A stretch of DNA of 64,000 nt from Callorhinchus milii. Taxonomy: Eukaryota. This document shows, in pieces, positions 11,312-24,663 of the stretch (positions are counted from its first letter, which is position 1; every line of letters starts with the position of its first letter). The notes under the pieces are model-generated. The model had not been told where the DNA came from. It searched no databases and worked only from the letters and a program-made list of their open reading frames with translations. The stretch spans positions 25,546,001-25,610,000 of the forward strand of contig NW_024704743.1 of NCBI RefSeq assembly GCF_018977255.1, read 5' to 3'. The translations under genes were made by a program, and so were the position numbers.

Positions 11312-11450
11312 TAAATAATAATAATAATAATAATAATAATCATCTTTGCATTTGATGTGCCGCCTCATCACGTCTTCGAGTCGCCTCAAAGCGCCTCGCA
11401 CAGCATACTGTAAAGCGGATCGACTGTGTATTTCGCGGGCGAAACCCACA
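11312..11450 (-). mobile_element. SINE 3' fragment, GC-shifted, next to the ANKS6 promoter
   Basis: (AAT)n tail plus a body alignable to the SINE family. Confidence 0.8.
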
Positions 11451-12549
11451 CCCGCCTCTTCTCCCCTCCCACCCGTCCCAGCGTCCGCATCGTTTCGCAT
11501 CGTTTACAGTCGTGCAAGAATAACAGGGCTGGGGTGGCAATCCGAACAAAATGCTCCTGCCTCCCGTCAGTTTTTGTCTGATATTTGGCAAGAGAGCGCT
11601 TTTTCTTTTGCAAAAGGAGCTAGCCGGACGCACGCAGTCAGCCCGCAAATTTAGCACACACACACACAAGGAAGAGAAACGGCCAGCGCCAGCTCTCGTT
11701 GAGCAAAACGTTTTTTTTCCCGTTCCACCGCTAAACCCAACACATTTCACAGCACAGCCCAAACACAGCACACTGTCCATCTCCACCGGTTGCCAGAGGG
11801 GTGGCAGTACGATCCTTTTGCAAACTCAGAAGTTTTGCAAGTATTGCAATTTTTTGACTGTAAGTTGTTGAAAGAACTTGCCTTCATTTTAGAATTTTTT
11901 TTAATACTTATTGGAAAAACTTACTGAGGCTGCTTTTCTTAATGTACCTTAATGCTTTTTCAGCTTTGAATATACACCACAACAATGTTTGTTACGTTGC
12001 AACCTTTAATGATTGTTCTAGTGCCTGTTGAGCAATGAATGTCTGAAACACAATACTGGAGAGGTAAATGAGGTGTCGAGGACTGAACCGGCTGAAAGGG
12101 GACACATGTCGTCATTCACTGTAAATGTCAATGTTTTTGCTGCATTTTGCTTCACAAGATCTCTGATATCGATTCCTAAATTATTAACAATTGTGTGGTA
12201 TGTTTACATTAGTTCTGCAGTGATGGAAGCAGCAATGATTTTAGTTATTCATTATACATGGCATGCTATTTATCCATTGAATAGTGCACTGAACCGAAGT
12301 ATCTCTGATAGTCTATATGGTGGAAAGACACTTTGATCACAGGCTTATCTTGAATTTCTCAGAACATTAAATAACTTTGGGGAAGTTCATGGCAATGTCA
12401 ATTTTACATGGTCTGTTGGATGCCCTTGGCTCAATTGACCACTTGGCTTTTTTTTCTTGTTTTCTCGGGTTTCTATGGATGAACCATCAGGGGCAATCAC
12501 CCATGATCTACAATTGTTCTCAGTTCACCTGTAAGAATTTCACCTTTAA

Positions 12550-13170
12550 GAATTGAGACGAACAATTTGAATAATGACCTCACCTCCATGCTGGAACATA
12601 AATCAACTTGAAAAGCTTTGTAAAGCACCACGTTGGAGGTACAAAATTGGACCAACTGGGGACTTACTTCCTGGGGAGGTAAGTGGGGTTACCTTGGAGC
12701 TGAACTTTCTCCAAGGTGACTTGCTGGACAACAGAATTTTGGAATCGAATTAATCCCCTGTGGAGGTGTTGGTCATCCGTTCCTGAGCCAGGAAGGTCCA
12801 CAGTACTCCAATACAATGATCCTAGCTGGACAAGCAGTGGGAAGCTTATCAGAGAGTGCTTTCAATAGCAAGTTATGCAATTTTAGCTGGTTAATCGGCA
12901 GTACCTGCATTGCACACTCTGGGGTCCCCAGGCCATGGGTCTCTTCAACCTGCATCTTATACTCTGGAAGTAGGTAAGCAGGATGTGTCCATCCAGGGAA
13001 AGGGCATTCCATTCCAGACACAGGGAATTTGTGTGTGTAGGTGACATATAAGGAACTGTTCGTATGGTTACTCCAAACAAACTCCAAAGTATGATGATGA
13101 GTTTCTGCATAAGTCAGACACCTGGCTGACCAAAAGAATACAAAGTGAGGAAGGAAATTGCAGTCCAAGC
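12550..13170 (-). mobile_element. Degenerate Gypsy/Ty3 LTR-retrotransposon integrase C-terminal fragment
   Basis: LEFVWSNHTNSSL resembles the EFAYNN..HSS motif; LPTACPAR....YCGPS resembles the GPF/GPY motif region. Heavily decayed. Confidence 0.4.
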
Positions 13171-14449
13171 ACTACAAAGGCACTTGTTTTCCTTTGATCT
13201 GAAGATAATTTTACTGCATGTTTATACATTATGAACTACTTGTAGTTACATTCTAAACTACAGCATAGCAGCACATAATGTTAAGTCTGCAATAATAATC
13301 TTTCCATTTCATACAGTGGCTTATGACATCTTCGAGAAGTCTCAAAGCGTGTCACAGAATATATTGTAAAGTGAATTTGACTGCATATTTTGTGTATTTT
13401 ATTAATCAGAATCCAACTGCCCCATAGAGCTGTGGCATATAATTTAATGTTTCATTTCTACCTAGGTTAATTTTAAAAAAAGCTATAATATTGTTGAGCA
13501 TTAATGGAACTAGCCAGCATCACCAACTTCCAAGTAACAGGGAGGTGCAAAATAGTCTGTTGTACTGTATGTCAGATACTGACCAGCTCCAGCTCTCAGC
13601 AAACCTGGTGAGGTCACTGCCAACTTTATGGAAAGAGAACTCACATCTTGTCTAGTTTGTAATGCTGGGAAATATCCAGTGTAATGTTGATGTTAATTGT
13701 GCAAGGCAGCGTAAAGTTCAGTTTGAAATCAGAATTGCCAATTAAATGCAAAATGTGGACCGTGGCAGAATGTGTCCTAAAAATTGTGTTCTGTGTAGTG
13801 TGAAATGAACAAGACTACAAAAGCGCTTTCAGTAAGACGAGGTAAAACAAGGAGCATGTCAAGCACCTGTGCACTCCGCATTAAAAAAGAACAGTGGGCT
13901 ACAAACAATGTACATCAAAGGCACAAAAGAAGGAGTGGCACAAGATCAAGATGTTTGTTGTAGCACAGATCCTGATTCACTTTGGAGTGAATCACTCAAT
14001 AATTCCTCATTTTTCCAGTTGCTGGTTTCATATCTGCCCTGTGAAGAGTGTGGGGGTGGGGGGATTGATGAGACGACAGGAAATTAAATTAAATTAAAAG
14101 CTTTGTGCTGGTTAGAGTAGACCAATGTAGCATTGGTTTAATATTTAAAATCGAAAAATAATTTAAAATGATGTTAATTAAATTTACATTTGTGTTGTCA
14201 AATTGTTTGAACTTGTCAATTCCCTCCAGTCCTTCAGTCAAGAGTTTCAAATCTGCCTTTTGAAGGTCAGCGCAACATCGGTAGTGATCTTTCCCAGAGA
14301 TTGTGAGGTACACTAATTCCGCCTGGCACTGTTTGACATCTGTCTTGTCTGGAAAGGAACTTGAGGGATAGCTGTGCTATAGTTCTGTGTAATGGTTCAG
14401 TTTCCTCCATTTGGCTGAATATTAACAATCATCAAATGCTAAGAACTAT

Positions 14450-14796
14450 GTAGTCCTGTAGCTCAGTGGCTGGAGCACTCGCCTCGCAAACGAGAGGACC
14501 TGGATTTGATTCCCGGCAGGAAGAAACGTTGGGCGTGTTTCCTTACTCCACATGTCTCTGTTTAAATAGCAGTGAATAGGAACGTGGTTGTTAGTCAACT
14601 GTTGGATTTCCAAAAAATAATTAAAAAAAAGATTTGGTCACTCAATTCTTGACTGCTGTGCGCAATTGGCTGCCAAGTTTCGCCCACAAAACATACAGTC
14701 AATTCACTTAACAGTATATTCCGTGAAGTGCTTTGCGACATCTAGAAGATGTTATAAGGTGTTATATCAAATGCAAGGATTATTATTATTATTATA
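14450..14796 (+). mobile_element. tRNA-derived SINE (longer subfamily B)
   Basis: Same head and tail as subfamily A, with an extra internal segment CTCTGTTT...AGCAGT...TAGGAAC..GGTTGTTAGTC. Confidence 0.88.
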
Positions 14797-15057
14797 ATGG
14801 TTTCTAATACAGTTTGCTGTTTTGTGCCGTTTGAGCATGCAGTATCAAGAGTATGTATTTTTACATACTCAAGCCAGTCAAGCGGGTCTAGCACTCAAGT
14901 ACACTAATAAGAGGAGCAAGTTCAATTCAAAGCAAGTAATGGGACATGTAATTACTTAAAGTCCTTTTTTTAAAGATTTTTTTAGATATTTCAGAACTTA
15001 CAAAGTCTTCCTTGAAGCCATGCCTTCAGCCATTCCACTGAAGCTAATCAGCTGGGT

Positions 15058-17380
15058 TAACATAAGAACATAAGAAATGCTAGATGAAAAAAGACCAAGG
15101 TCCATTTAGTTCGCCTTCCGCCTTCCTGGTAGTCCCATGCATATATGTCCCAAACTACCCATGTACTATATCCCATAATGTTATTTCCTCAAAGAAAATT
15201 ATCTCACCTGTGTTTGAAAGAATCAACATTTCCTGCTTCAACTGACTCCCTGTTCCACATGTTCACCGTTCGCTCACTGAAATAGTGTTTGTGTAGATTC
15301 GTTCTGAATTAAATCGCAGGCTGTGTCCTCTGGTTTTACAATTCTGGACAAGTTGAAATAGCCTTTCATGATCTATATTGTCTTGCTCCTTTAGAATCTT
15401 ACCTCAACCTTCATGGCTCTGTTCTTGACTGGTTCAGATCGTACCTCTCACACTGCCTCCACTTCATCGCCACACAAGGTTTCTCCTCTAGCCCCTCAGA
15501 ATCTCGTGCGGTGTTCCTCAGGGCTCTGTCCTTGGTTCCCTCCTCTTCAATATCTATATCCTCCCTCTTAGGGACTTCATCTGCAGATATGACACCCATT
15601 TGCCCTTGACTCCAGGACCACTGCTGTCCTGACAGAATGTCTGTCATACATCAAGTCCTGGATGAGAGCTAACTTTCTTCTGTTGAACGTCAATAAGACC
15701 GAGACTCTCCTGATTGGCTCCCGTCAGCGCCTCCACACCTCAGGCGTCACCATCCATGGATGCACATTCCACCTTACTAAGCCAGTCCGGAAACTTGGCA
15801 TCTTGTTTGACCCTCAACTATCCTTTCTACCCCACATCCGTGCCATGACCTGCTCTGCCTTCCCCCACCGCCACAACATTGCCCGGCTCCGCCATTGTCT
15901 CACACCACAGGCCACCAAAACCCTCAAACATGCATTCATTACATCGAGGCTTGACTATGCAAACTCCCTGCTTGTCGGCCTCCCCAACTCCTCCCTCCAT
16001 AGGCTGCAGATCATCCAGAACTCTGCAGTCCCTGTCCTCTCCCGTACCTGGCTCCGTGACCCTATCAACCCCATTTTCGCCCGACTCCACTGGCTTCCCA
16101 TCACATAGAGCATACAGTTCAAGATCCTGGTCCTCACCTTCAAAGGCCTACCTGGTCTTGTTCCACCTCTGCAACCTCCTAAGCCCCTACCATCCTGCCC
16201 GTTCCCTCCGCTCAGAGGGCTCCAGCCTGTTTCACGTCCCCCGCTCGCCCGCCCCACCATTGGCAGGCGTGCCTTCTGCCACTCTGCCCCCACCCTCTGG
16301 AACTCCAACCCGAAGTCCCTCCACCTCACCCCCTCCCTTGCCTCCTTCAAGACCCATCTCAAGACCCTCCTCTTCGACCGTGCTTATGATCACCCTGCTT
16401 CCCCCCCTCCTGCCCTCCACCCTTCCCAATCCCGATCCCCTGTTCGGGTCCTAAACTCTGACTGTCCAGCGCCTTGGGACATCCTATTGACATGAAAGCT
16501 GCTATACAAATGTAATTTGTTGTTGTTTTAAAGACAGCAATCATGTCACCTCTCAATCTTCTCTTTTCCAGCGTGAACATGCCCAATTTACTTAGTCACT
16601 CCTCATAGTGCAGTCCTTCCATTCCCTCAAATATTTTGGTTGCCCTCCTCTGGATCATCTCGATTTCTCCAATATCCTTTTTATACTGTGGTGACCAGAA
16701 GTGTACACAGTTCTCTCAGTATGGTCTCATCAATGATTTATACAGTGGCAGGATTACCCCACTATTTTGCTTTATTATTGATCTTTTGATTCATCCCAAC
16801 ATCTGATTTGCTTTACTCACTGCCATAGAGCATTGTTGGGAGAGCTTCAATTTATTGTCAATCAGAACGCCCAGGTCCTTTTCGTTTTCCATACGCATTA
16901 TTTTCCTTCCGTTCAAATAATAGTCCCTTCCAGGATTTTTTGTTCCCACGTGAAGTACTTTACAGTTATCCACACTGAATTTCATCTGCCACCGATCTGC
17001 CAATTTCCAATTGTGTTCACATCCTCCTGTAACCTAACTTGTTCAGCTTCGCAATCTACCACCTTCATTAGCTTGCTGTCATCTGCAAACTTAGCCACTG
17101 TCCTTGCGTCTCCTAGTTCCAGATCATTTATAAAAATATTAAATTAAAGAAGTCCCAAAACAGTCCCTTGTAGAACTCCACTGGTAACATTTTGATGACA
17201 TTCCTATACCACCACCCTCTGGGTTCTTCCAATCAACCAGTTGTGTATCTATTGCAATATATCTTCACTGATTCCCGCTTTCTTTACTTCCAGTACCAGT
17301 CTCTCAAAAGGCCTTGTTGAAATCCAGATATACAACATCCACAGCCTTACCCTTATCAAGTTCCCTTTTCACACTGTCAA
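15058..17380 (-). mobile_element. CR1 LINE, 5'-truncated, interrupted by an L2 at 15402-16527
   Basis: WQMKFSVDNCKVLHVG...EKDLGVLID...QQCSMAVSKANQMLG and GMFTLEKRRLRGDMIAVFK; 3' tail (TTCTTATG)n at ~15058-15078. Confidence 0.92.
15402..16527 (+). mobile_element. L2 LINE 3' part nested in CR1
   Basis: WMRANFLLLNVNKTETLLIG...SRLDYANSLL...RLHWLP; ends GCTATACAAATGTAATTTGTTGTTG. Confidence 0.92.
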
Positions 17381-18324
17381 AAAGAAACAGTAAAACAGCA
17401 AAGAGCTCCCTTGTTAGTACAGCTGCTCTTTACCAAATGATCTGCAGAGAATGAAAAAAACATCAATTCAGGAATGACAGAGGAAAAAACTATTCATTTT
17501 CTGGGAGTGTTGCTAATGTGTCATTTCCATTCCATGCCCATTTTCAATCATACTCTGAGTCAGATTGCTATTTTACTTCAATTTAGTCTCTAATTATAAA
17601 CCTTTTTTAAAAACAAAAAATAAAATCCCCTCCAGATTGTAACACTTTATTTTACATAGATTTTATCTAGTAAAATGATTGTGCATTATCAATTATTATT
17701 ATAATTCCAAGATCACCTCAGTAACACCCTTGGTTTTCCACGGTGCCCAAGATCACAAAGGGTAAAAAAAACAGCATCTTAAACACTATTGGGTATCAAT
17801 TCCATGCAATTCTTTGTCAACAAAATAATTCATAAGTCACAGCATTTAGAGGAACAATGCAGGACTTATTCAGTTAAAATACATACCAAATTCCACAGAC
17901 CTTTTTCTGCAGCACAAACATTTCCACATTATTGAAGGATTCTTTTTAATGGATAGGGTTCAGAGCAACAATATTTTCCTATTCAAATTTTGTTTTTCTG
18001 AGGCTTTTAACATCAGTATGACTAGCTGAACTTGGCATGAACAAGCAAAAGTCTACAGTCCAAAGAATGATCAGATAGTATTGGGAACCTGTTACTTTAA
18101 ATCAAACATTCTTTAATTTTAGCTATTGCTGTTTTCAGACATAAATGTATGTATCTTGGAGCCTGTGTAACTGGAATCAGCTCATCTTATCAGAGATTTG
18201 TTTTAATTTATCACAGAGGAGTCTCTTTATTCCCATAGAGTACAACCTCAGGACCGAACTACCATTGAAAACAATGTTTGCATTGCACAAGGTGTAATAT
18301 GTTTTCATATGTATGTGTTTACCA

Positions 18325-18751
18325 TCACACAGAGGATACAGTTCAAGATCCTGGTCCTCACCTTCAAAGACCTACATGGTTTTGCTCCCCTGTAACTCTA
18401 TGACCTCCTAACCCCCCTACCAACCTGCCCACTCCCTCCGCTCAGTGGGCTCTGGCCTGCTTCACATCCTCTCCCTTGCCTGCCCCACCATTGGCGGGCA
18501 AGCCTTCAGCCACTCTGCTCCCACTCTCTGGAACTCCATCCGCAGTCCCTCCACCTCGTCCCCTCCCTTGCCTCCTTCAAGGCCCATCTTAAGAACAAGA
18601 CCAGGTTCTTCGACTGTGCCTTCGATCACCCTCCTTCCTCCTTGCCCTCCACCCTCCCCAAGCCCGACCCCCAGCTTGGGTCCAAAACACTGACTGTCTA
18701 GTGCCTTGGGATATCCTCCCAGTGCTATACAAATGTAATTTTGTTGTTGTT
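18325..18751 (+). mobile_element. L2 3' fragment
   Basis: Closely similar to 16105-16527; ends GCTATACAAATGTAATTTTGTTGTTG. Confidence 0.85.
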
Positions 18752-18859
18752 TAACGTGTACACACTTGGCTATGGGTTGTAAGTGACATAGAAATGGGGG
18801 TTCAATGGTACTATTGGCATTAATTACTCTTTTTTAATTTGTAAACAATGTTATATTAT

Positions 18860-19205
18860 TTTCCGAAGTGTAAGCATAGTTAAAAGGAAGGTCTTCAGGC
18901 ACGATCTGAAAATGGGTAAGTGAGGGGCAAGCTATGGCGATAGAGGAAGGGTTTTCCAGAGTTCCGGGATCTAGTGGCTGAAAGCGCGGCCAGAAATGGT
19001 GGAACAGAGGGCACAAAGGACATGCAGAAGGCCAGAACCAGTCGAGCGGAGGCAACAGTTTGTGGTTTGGGGGGTAAGCAGGTCGGAGAGATAGGGAGGT
19101 GCCAGGGCATGAAGGGATTCGAAAACGAGTGAGAGGATCATGAAATCAATCCGTTCGGTAACTGGGAGCCAATGCAGCCTGGCAAGGACTGGTGTGATGA
19201 GGGTA
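18860..19205 (-). mobile_element. L2 fragment
   Basis: [19 protein letters not shown] in ORF 18971-19270. Confidence 0.8.
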
Positions 19206-20099
19206 CACAGTTCCCTGTGCTTTACAGTGAATCCTGCGAAGCGTTTGAGACAATTATGTATCAAATGCAAGCATTATTATCAATAAAGAACCCTGTACCA
19301 TGTATTACCAGATTTTTTGCATGAAAATCAATTCCTATTATAATACGTATAAAATTCCAAAATGCCTTTTCAGTGAAGCTTGTTAATGATTACAGCATAA
19401 GTTGAGGGATCAAATTGATGGAGGTTAATGAACAATTGCTGCCTTGTAATTCCTTTCCAAGGGAGTGGTAAGAATTGCCAGCAGGTATGAGAGTGGGTTT
19501 TTACTCATAGTTTAGATATCTTGGTGGTTTTCTAGGTCCACTGCAGCAATTGCTAAGTAAAGGTTGGTTGCATAGTAATCTGTTTATCTTGATTGACAGT
19601 GAAATGTGGTCAGAGAATCACTACAATAAATAGATCATCATAAGCATTATCAAGCAATAGACACAGCTCCTCCTGGTATGTGAAGCTTGACAAGACTAAA
19701 CAAACAGGTTCAGGGACACTTAGCACAATGACAAACCCAGTAAAAGCATATGCTGGGTAGTGTCCCAAATAATTGATTAAATGTTCCCATTTGGTTTTGC
19801 ACTGTGATAATAATGGATGGGGCATTGCCCTATGTCAAAGGTTTTACCATGCTAGAGATGCTGGTGACCTGAGGGGAAGAAGAGTGAACCCAACAACTTA
19901 TAGAGATGTTTAGAAAAAAAATGTGATATACATTATATACATATTGTATACACAGCTTCTTATTCCTTATAATTGACTGATCACCCTCTAAGACCTGACT
20001 TTTTTTTAAAGTGTCTTTAAACCCTACCTCCCCCCACCCCCGCATCGCCCAAGTAATTTTGCTGACATAAAAGTTTGCCACAGGGTTGACATAAAAGGC

Positions 20100-20835
20100 T
20101 GTCAACCTAGCTCAGTTGGTAGCACCCTCACTTCCAAGTCAGCAGGTTGTGGGTTGAAGCCCCATTTTGGGACTTTGAACTCATAACAACAACAAGAAGA
20201 TTCCATTTATAGTGCGCCTTTCACATCGGGAGGACGTCCTAAGGTGCTGTACAGTTGGGTCAGGACCCGAGCAGGGGGGAAACGGTCAGGGTGAGGGGAG
20301 GGAAGGGAGGGAGCGAGGAGGGGGTAGAGAGTCGAGAGGGGAGCTGAAGGCACGGTCAAAGAGAAAGGTCTTGAGACCGGCCTTGAAGGAGGAAAGGGAG
20401 GAGGCGGTGAAGGCACTGGGGGATAGAGTTCCAGAGCCTCGGGGCTGAGAGGCTGAAGGCTAGTCTGGTACTCCAATGGCACCTAAAACAGTATGCAGTT
20501 CACTGCTGGGGGAGTACTGCATTATTTATAGGTACCATCCTTTGGACGAGACATTGATCCACGGTCCTATCTGCCTTTTAGGTGGATGGATTTAAAGATC
20601 CCTTGACACTATTTGAAAAGAGAAAGGAGTGTCTTCTCATGTCTCGGCCAACATTCCCCCTGATGTAATTGGGTCATCCACTTCATGGTTGTTTGTGTGA
20701 CGCTGCTGTGTGCAAATGAGCTGCTGCATTTGCCTACAATATACAGTCACTATATTTTACACTAAATTCTGTGAAGCTATTTAAGATGCCCTCTCAACAT
20801 GAAATGTTCTGTATCAAATATGAGAATTAATATTA
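20100..20835 (+). mobile_element. Deu-domain SINE interrupted by an antisense L2 3' end (~20186-20460)
   Basis: SINE head at 20100-20185, then an L2 tail in reverse; the SINE core resumes at ~20461. Confidence 0.75.
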
Positions 20836-22188
20836 ATAAATGAACTGATAAGCTGAGTATTGTATGTAATAAAATCCACACCACTGCTTTAGTTTTAGTT
20901 AGGATTCCTTCTTACTGATTTCTACAATGACCTGAGTAAAATGTTTTCAAGCATGGGTATTAGATGAGGAGAGAAATCTTCTTACAGTAACTTATTATCC
21001 TGGATCACACTTATGAAGGATGGATTTGTGGGGAAAATCTTCCATCTGGGACCCATGAAACCGAAACCAACTTGAGCTAACCCAATCAGGAATGAAACTG
21101 GAAAAAAACTGGAGGAAAAAAGCTCAGGTAGACAAAAGTTAACTATTTTTTAAAAAATCACCCAGAAAGCTTTTTCTTAACGATTGTGCAATGTGTATTA
21201 TTATGTGAAGCCATCCAACAGGATGACAAACCTGTTTTTTCTTCTTGCATGTATTGAATTATTTTGCTGCTTCGTGTCTAAGTAAGACTAAATTGACTAA
21301 ATCATGTGCAAGTACTGTACTTGGGGTTCTGCGGTGTAGAGTATTGCAATAATCGTAACAAAGCTACAATTAAAGGAATTGTGTATTATAACTATCCTAA
21401 GAATATATTCTGTGGCAAGGAATGACTCAGATGGATGTTACAAAGAAGGCTGGATCTCTTAGGTTTGATCAGTCACAAAGTACAGATCAGGTCAAATCAT
21501 TCTGAAAGTAGAGGCTTTAGGAGGAAGTTGAAGCTACTAATTTACCATCAATCTGAAAATAACAGGTAATTATGAATATGATTTCCATACTTAGTGATGA
21601 TCAACATTGCATAAATACTGATGATTTACTGAGGATATTACAGTTTGTCTGTGAAATCTGCAGTTAGCATTAGCATACATTGGTGATCTGATACTTAGAT
21701 ATTTTAATAAGCATATTTAATTTGAAGGAATGGTATACTTTCAAACTAAAGGCTTTACTGGAATAGTTTACCCATCGGATTTCCAACAGCAGGGTTCAAT
21801 TGTGCTTTTTATATATTTGTGTTCCAAAAATAATTTGGAGCATGGGTTACACTGGTTTTATTCTGATTGCTGAATGGCATAACACATTTGGGAATCCAGG
21901 CAACGTTAAAGGAGGTACATATTAGTAAAATAGATTTCCTAGAGCAAGCTGATGTGAATTATTCTCCAAAGGCTATTGTGCAATTTCATCTAGTTTTAGC
22001 CTGTAAAACCAGTTTATCTTAAAATGTAAGAGTATGAAGAATTTATAATGAATTTTCAAATGTAGTCCTAATTTTGAAATTCTTCAGAGTTTCAGAAAAA
22101 ATGGTTCCAAATTAAGATTGAATGAAAACAATCCACACAATCTCTTCACAATCTTAAATTCTAGATAAAATGATGCACCTATGATCTA

Positions 22189-22352
22189 CAGTTAACTCCT
22201 GATAACTCCATGGAAAGAGTACGCAGTGACAAGTTATCCAGAGTGGAAAGTTAGACAAATATATAAATAAATACATAAATACAGCCAGGATATTGACAGC
22301 ATGATGACTTAAGGGAGAAATAAGCCAGGGTCAAGTTATCAGAAGTTTACTG
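22189..22352. mobile_element. Tc1/mariner (pogo/Tigger-type) MITE
   Basis: TIRs CAGTTAACTCCTGATAACT and AGTTATCAGAAGTTTACTG (17/19 match), flanked by TA on both sides. Confidence 0.75.
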
Positions 22353-23551
22353 TATATAACTGGGAAAATCCACGATAGTTCAGTATTTGGATGTAAAATT
22401 GTTCCCTCAAAACTGCAAGTTCGGTACTCAATCAGACAGTTCCTTCACTTACTATGTATGTATCATAAGAACGTAAGGATGCCTGGAACAAGATCAAGCC
22501 TGTTCCTTCTGCGTCAAATCTAACATCCAATGAATTTCACCTCCACCTCATTAATCTTTACTCAAGAATTAATAGATGTTGTTCTGGATAGTCATGACTT
22601 TCAATAAACATTTCCACAGGAGCAGTTGACTAGATAACTCATGTGTGACAAGCACACAGGCAGATTATGGTCAGCCTCATACTGGAAATGTAATGGCAAT
22701 GACCTATTCTACTTACAATCCTTGTGGTATGTTTTCAACTAAGAATAGAAGATTCCACTTAGCATTGTCATGGTAGTACTGTAATCATTTCCACTGGATA
22801 CTCAATGCAACTCTGCTGGATTCAATGTCAAACGTGATTGTGAAGGGCAATGTTAGGGCATACGCCAGGAAGCCTTTTGCTTCATGCCGATAGCAGCAAG
22901 CAGTTGGAATGTGTTACCAGGAAGGGTAGAGGCCAGGATACTGGTGTAAGAAACAGTTTGATACTATAATGGGATGATAGTAGGGTGGGAATTCTGGAAG
23001 GACAAGACCATATGAATTGAAGGGCCTTCTTAAGTCAATGCTGACTGGTGATTTACTGTCTGAAATGGGAAATCATAGGTCAAATTTGCCTGATAATAAC
23101 ATTTTTGATAACATACAGAACAACATATAACATCAGTACATCTGCCTGCACAAATGCACCTGTCAGTAATTACAGATGGAGCACATGAGGACGTTTCAAA
23201 GTAATCCAGCACTAGAAATTAAGCTTCTTTTTTTTTTCTTTCTAGGTCCCTCCATATCTAGTGGGTGAATCTTCAGGTGGATGTCTGAACATTTTTACAT
23301 TATTAGTTATCTATTTACCATCCGTGTCCTTTCCTGCAACAAATTCCTCACCAGCATTTTTTTTTTTTTTTTGCGTTTCTCTGCCTCTTAGCCTCAGTGG
23401 ATCAAATATGTCAACAGCTTTTTCTGAATGTGCTTTAATATTTACCAAAAATATTTTTAGATAGATGACAAGTTAACAGTGACAAAATGGTTTTCAACTT
23501 ACAGTCAGCTCTTGCTTTAGGAAGGAGTGGATGCGTTTATAGCTATACCAT

Positions 23552-24663
23552 ACCTCACGAACTGCCGCCAGCAGTACATCTGCACAAATGGCTTTTTTCC
23601 CGTTCTCACCCGGTTACCTGCGGGTTACCCCAGGGATCCATCCTTGGCCCCCTCCTTTTCCTAATCTATATGCTCCCTCTTGGGGATGTAATCCGCAGAC
23701 ATGGGGTACACTTCCACATGTATGCGGACGACAACCAACTGTATTTTTCCACCTCAATTTACGACCCCAAGTCCCCTGATGTTCTGTCAGCCTGCCTGTC
23801 AGACCTCAGGAGCTGGATGAGCGCGAATTTCCTTCAGCTAAATGTTGACAAGACGGAAATCATACTCTTTGGCTCTCGTCAACGTTTAAAATCACGTGGT
23901 TCTCACCTCCTCCACCTACCCAACCTCCCTCTAAAACTCACCGAACCCATACGCAACCTAGGCATCAGGTTCGACCCCCAATTATCCTTCCTCCCCCACA
24001 TCCGGTCCCTGACTGGCATCGCTTTCTTCCACCTCCAATGCATCGCCCGTCTCCGCGAATATCTCACTCCAAAAGCCGCTGAAACCCTAGTCTATGCCTT
24101 TGTCACCTCTCAGCTGGACTATTCAAATGATCTCCTCGCTGGTCTCCCCTCCACTACCATCCATAAAATCCAGGTCATTCAAAACTCTGCCGCCCGCATT
24201 CTTACCCACACCAAACTCCGCTCCCCGATTACTCCAGTCCTTGCCAGACTGCTCTGGCTGCCTGTCCCAGAGAGGATCGACTTCAAGATCCTCACTCGTC
24301 TTCAAATCCCTCCACTCCTCTGCACCCCCCCTACCTCTCTGACCTCCTCTCTCCTCACAACAGTACACGTTGCCTTTGTTCCTCCAGGTCTAGCCTCCTT
24401 GTCCCCCGAATCATCTGCTCCACTATCGGTGGCCGTGCCTTCAGCCACTACGCTCTGAGGCTCTGGAACTCCCTTCCTCACTCCCTTCACTTTGCCCTCT
24501 CTCAACCTATCTTCAGGCTGAAGACCTTTCTTTTCGACCGCGCCTTTGGTGACCTTCCTCCCCCTCCCCCTGGCTTGGACCTGGGATCCGTTACTGTGAA
24601 GCGCTCTGAGACGCCGTCCGGCGTGGAGGGTTGCCATATAAATCCAAATAGTTGTTGTTTTTG
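23552..24663 (+). mobile_element. L2 LINE 3' 1.1 kb with a 12-bp target-site duplication
   Basis: [17 protein letters not shown]...[11 protein letters not shown]...; TAGCTATACCAT at 23540-23551 and 24664-24675. Confidence 0.93.

Larger units (their letters stand above)
8850..11720. other. CpG island spanning ANKS6 exon 1, its promoter and the adjacent L2 remnant
   Basis: Visibly high GC and CpG content compared with the AT-rich flanks. Confidence 0.85.

Noticed and set aside
14160..14340. Possible hAT transposase remnant
   Set aside because: Only a vague LQS..QEF resemblance, with no TIRs.
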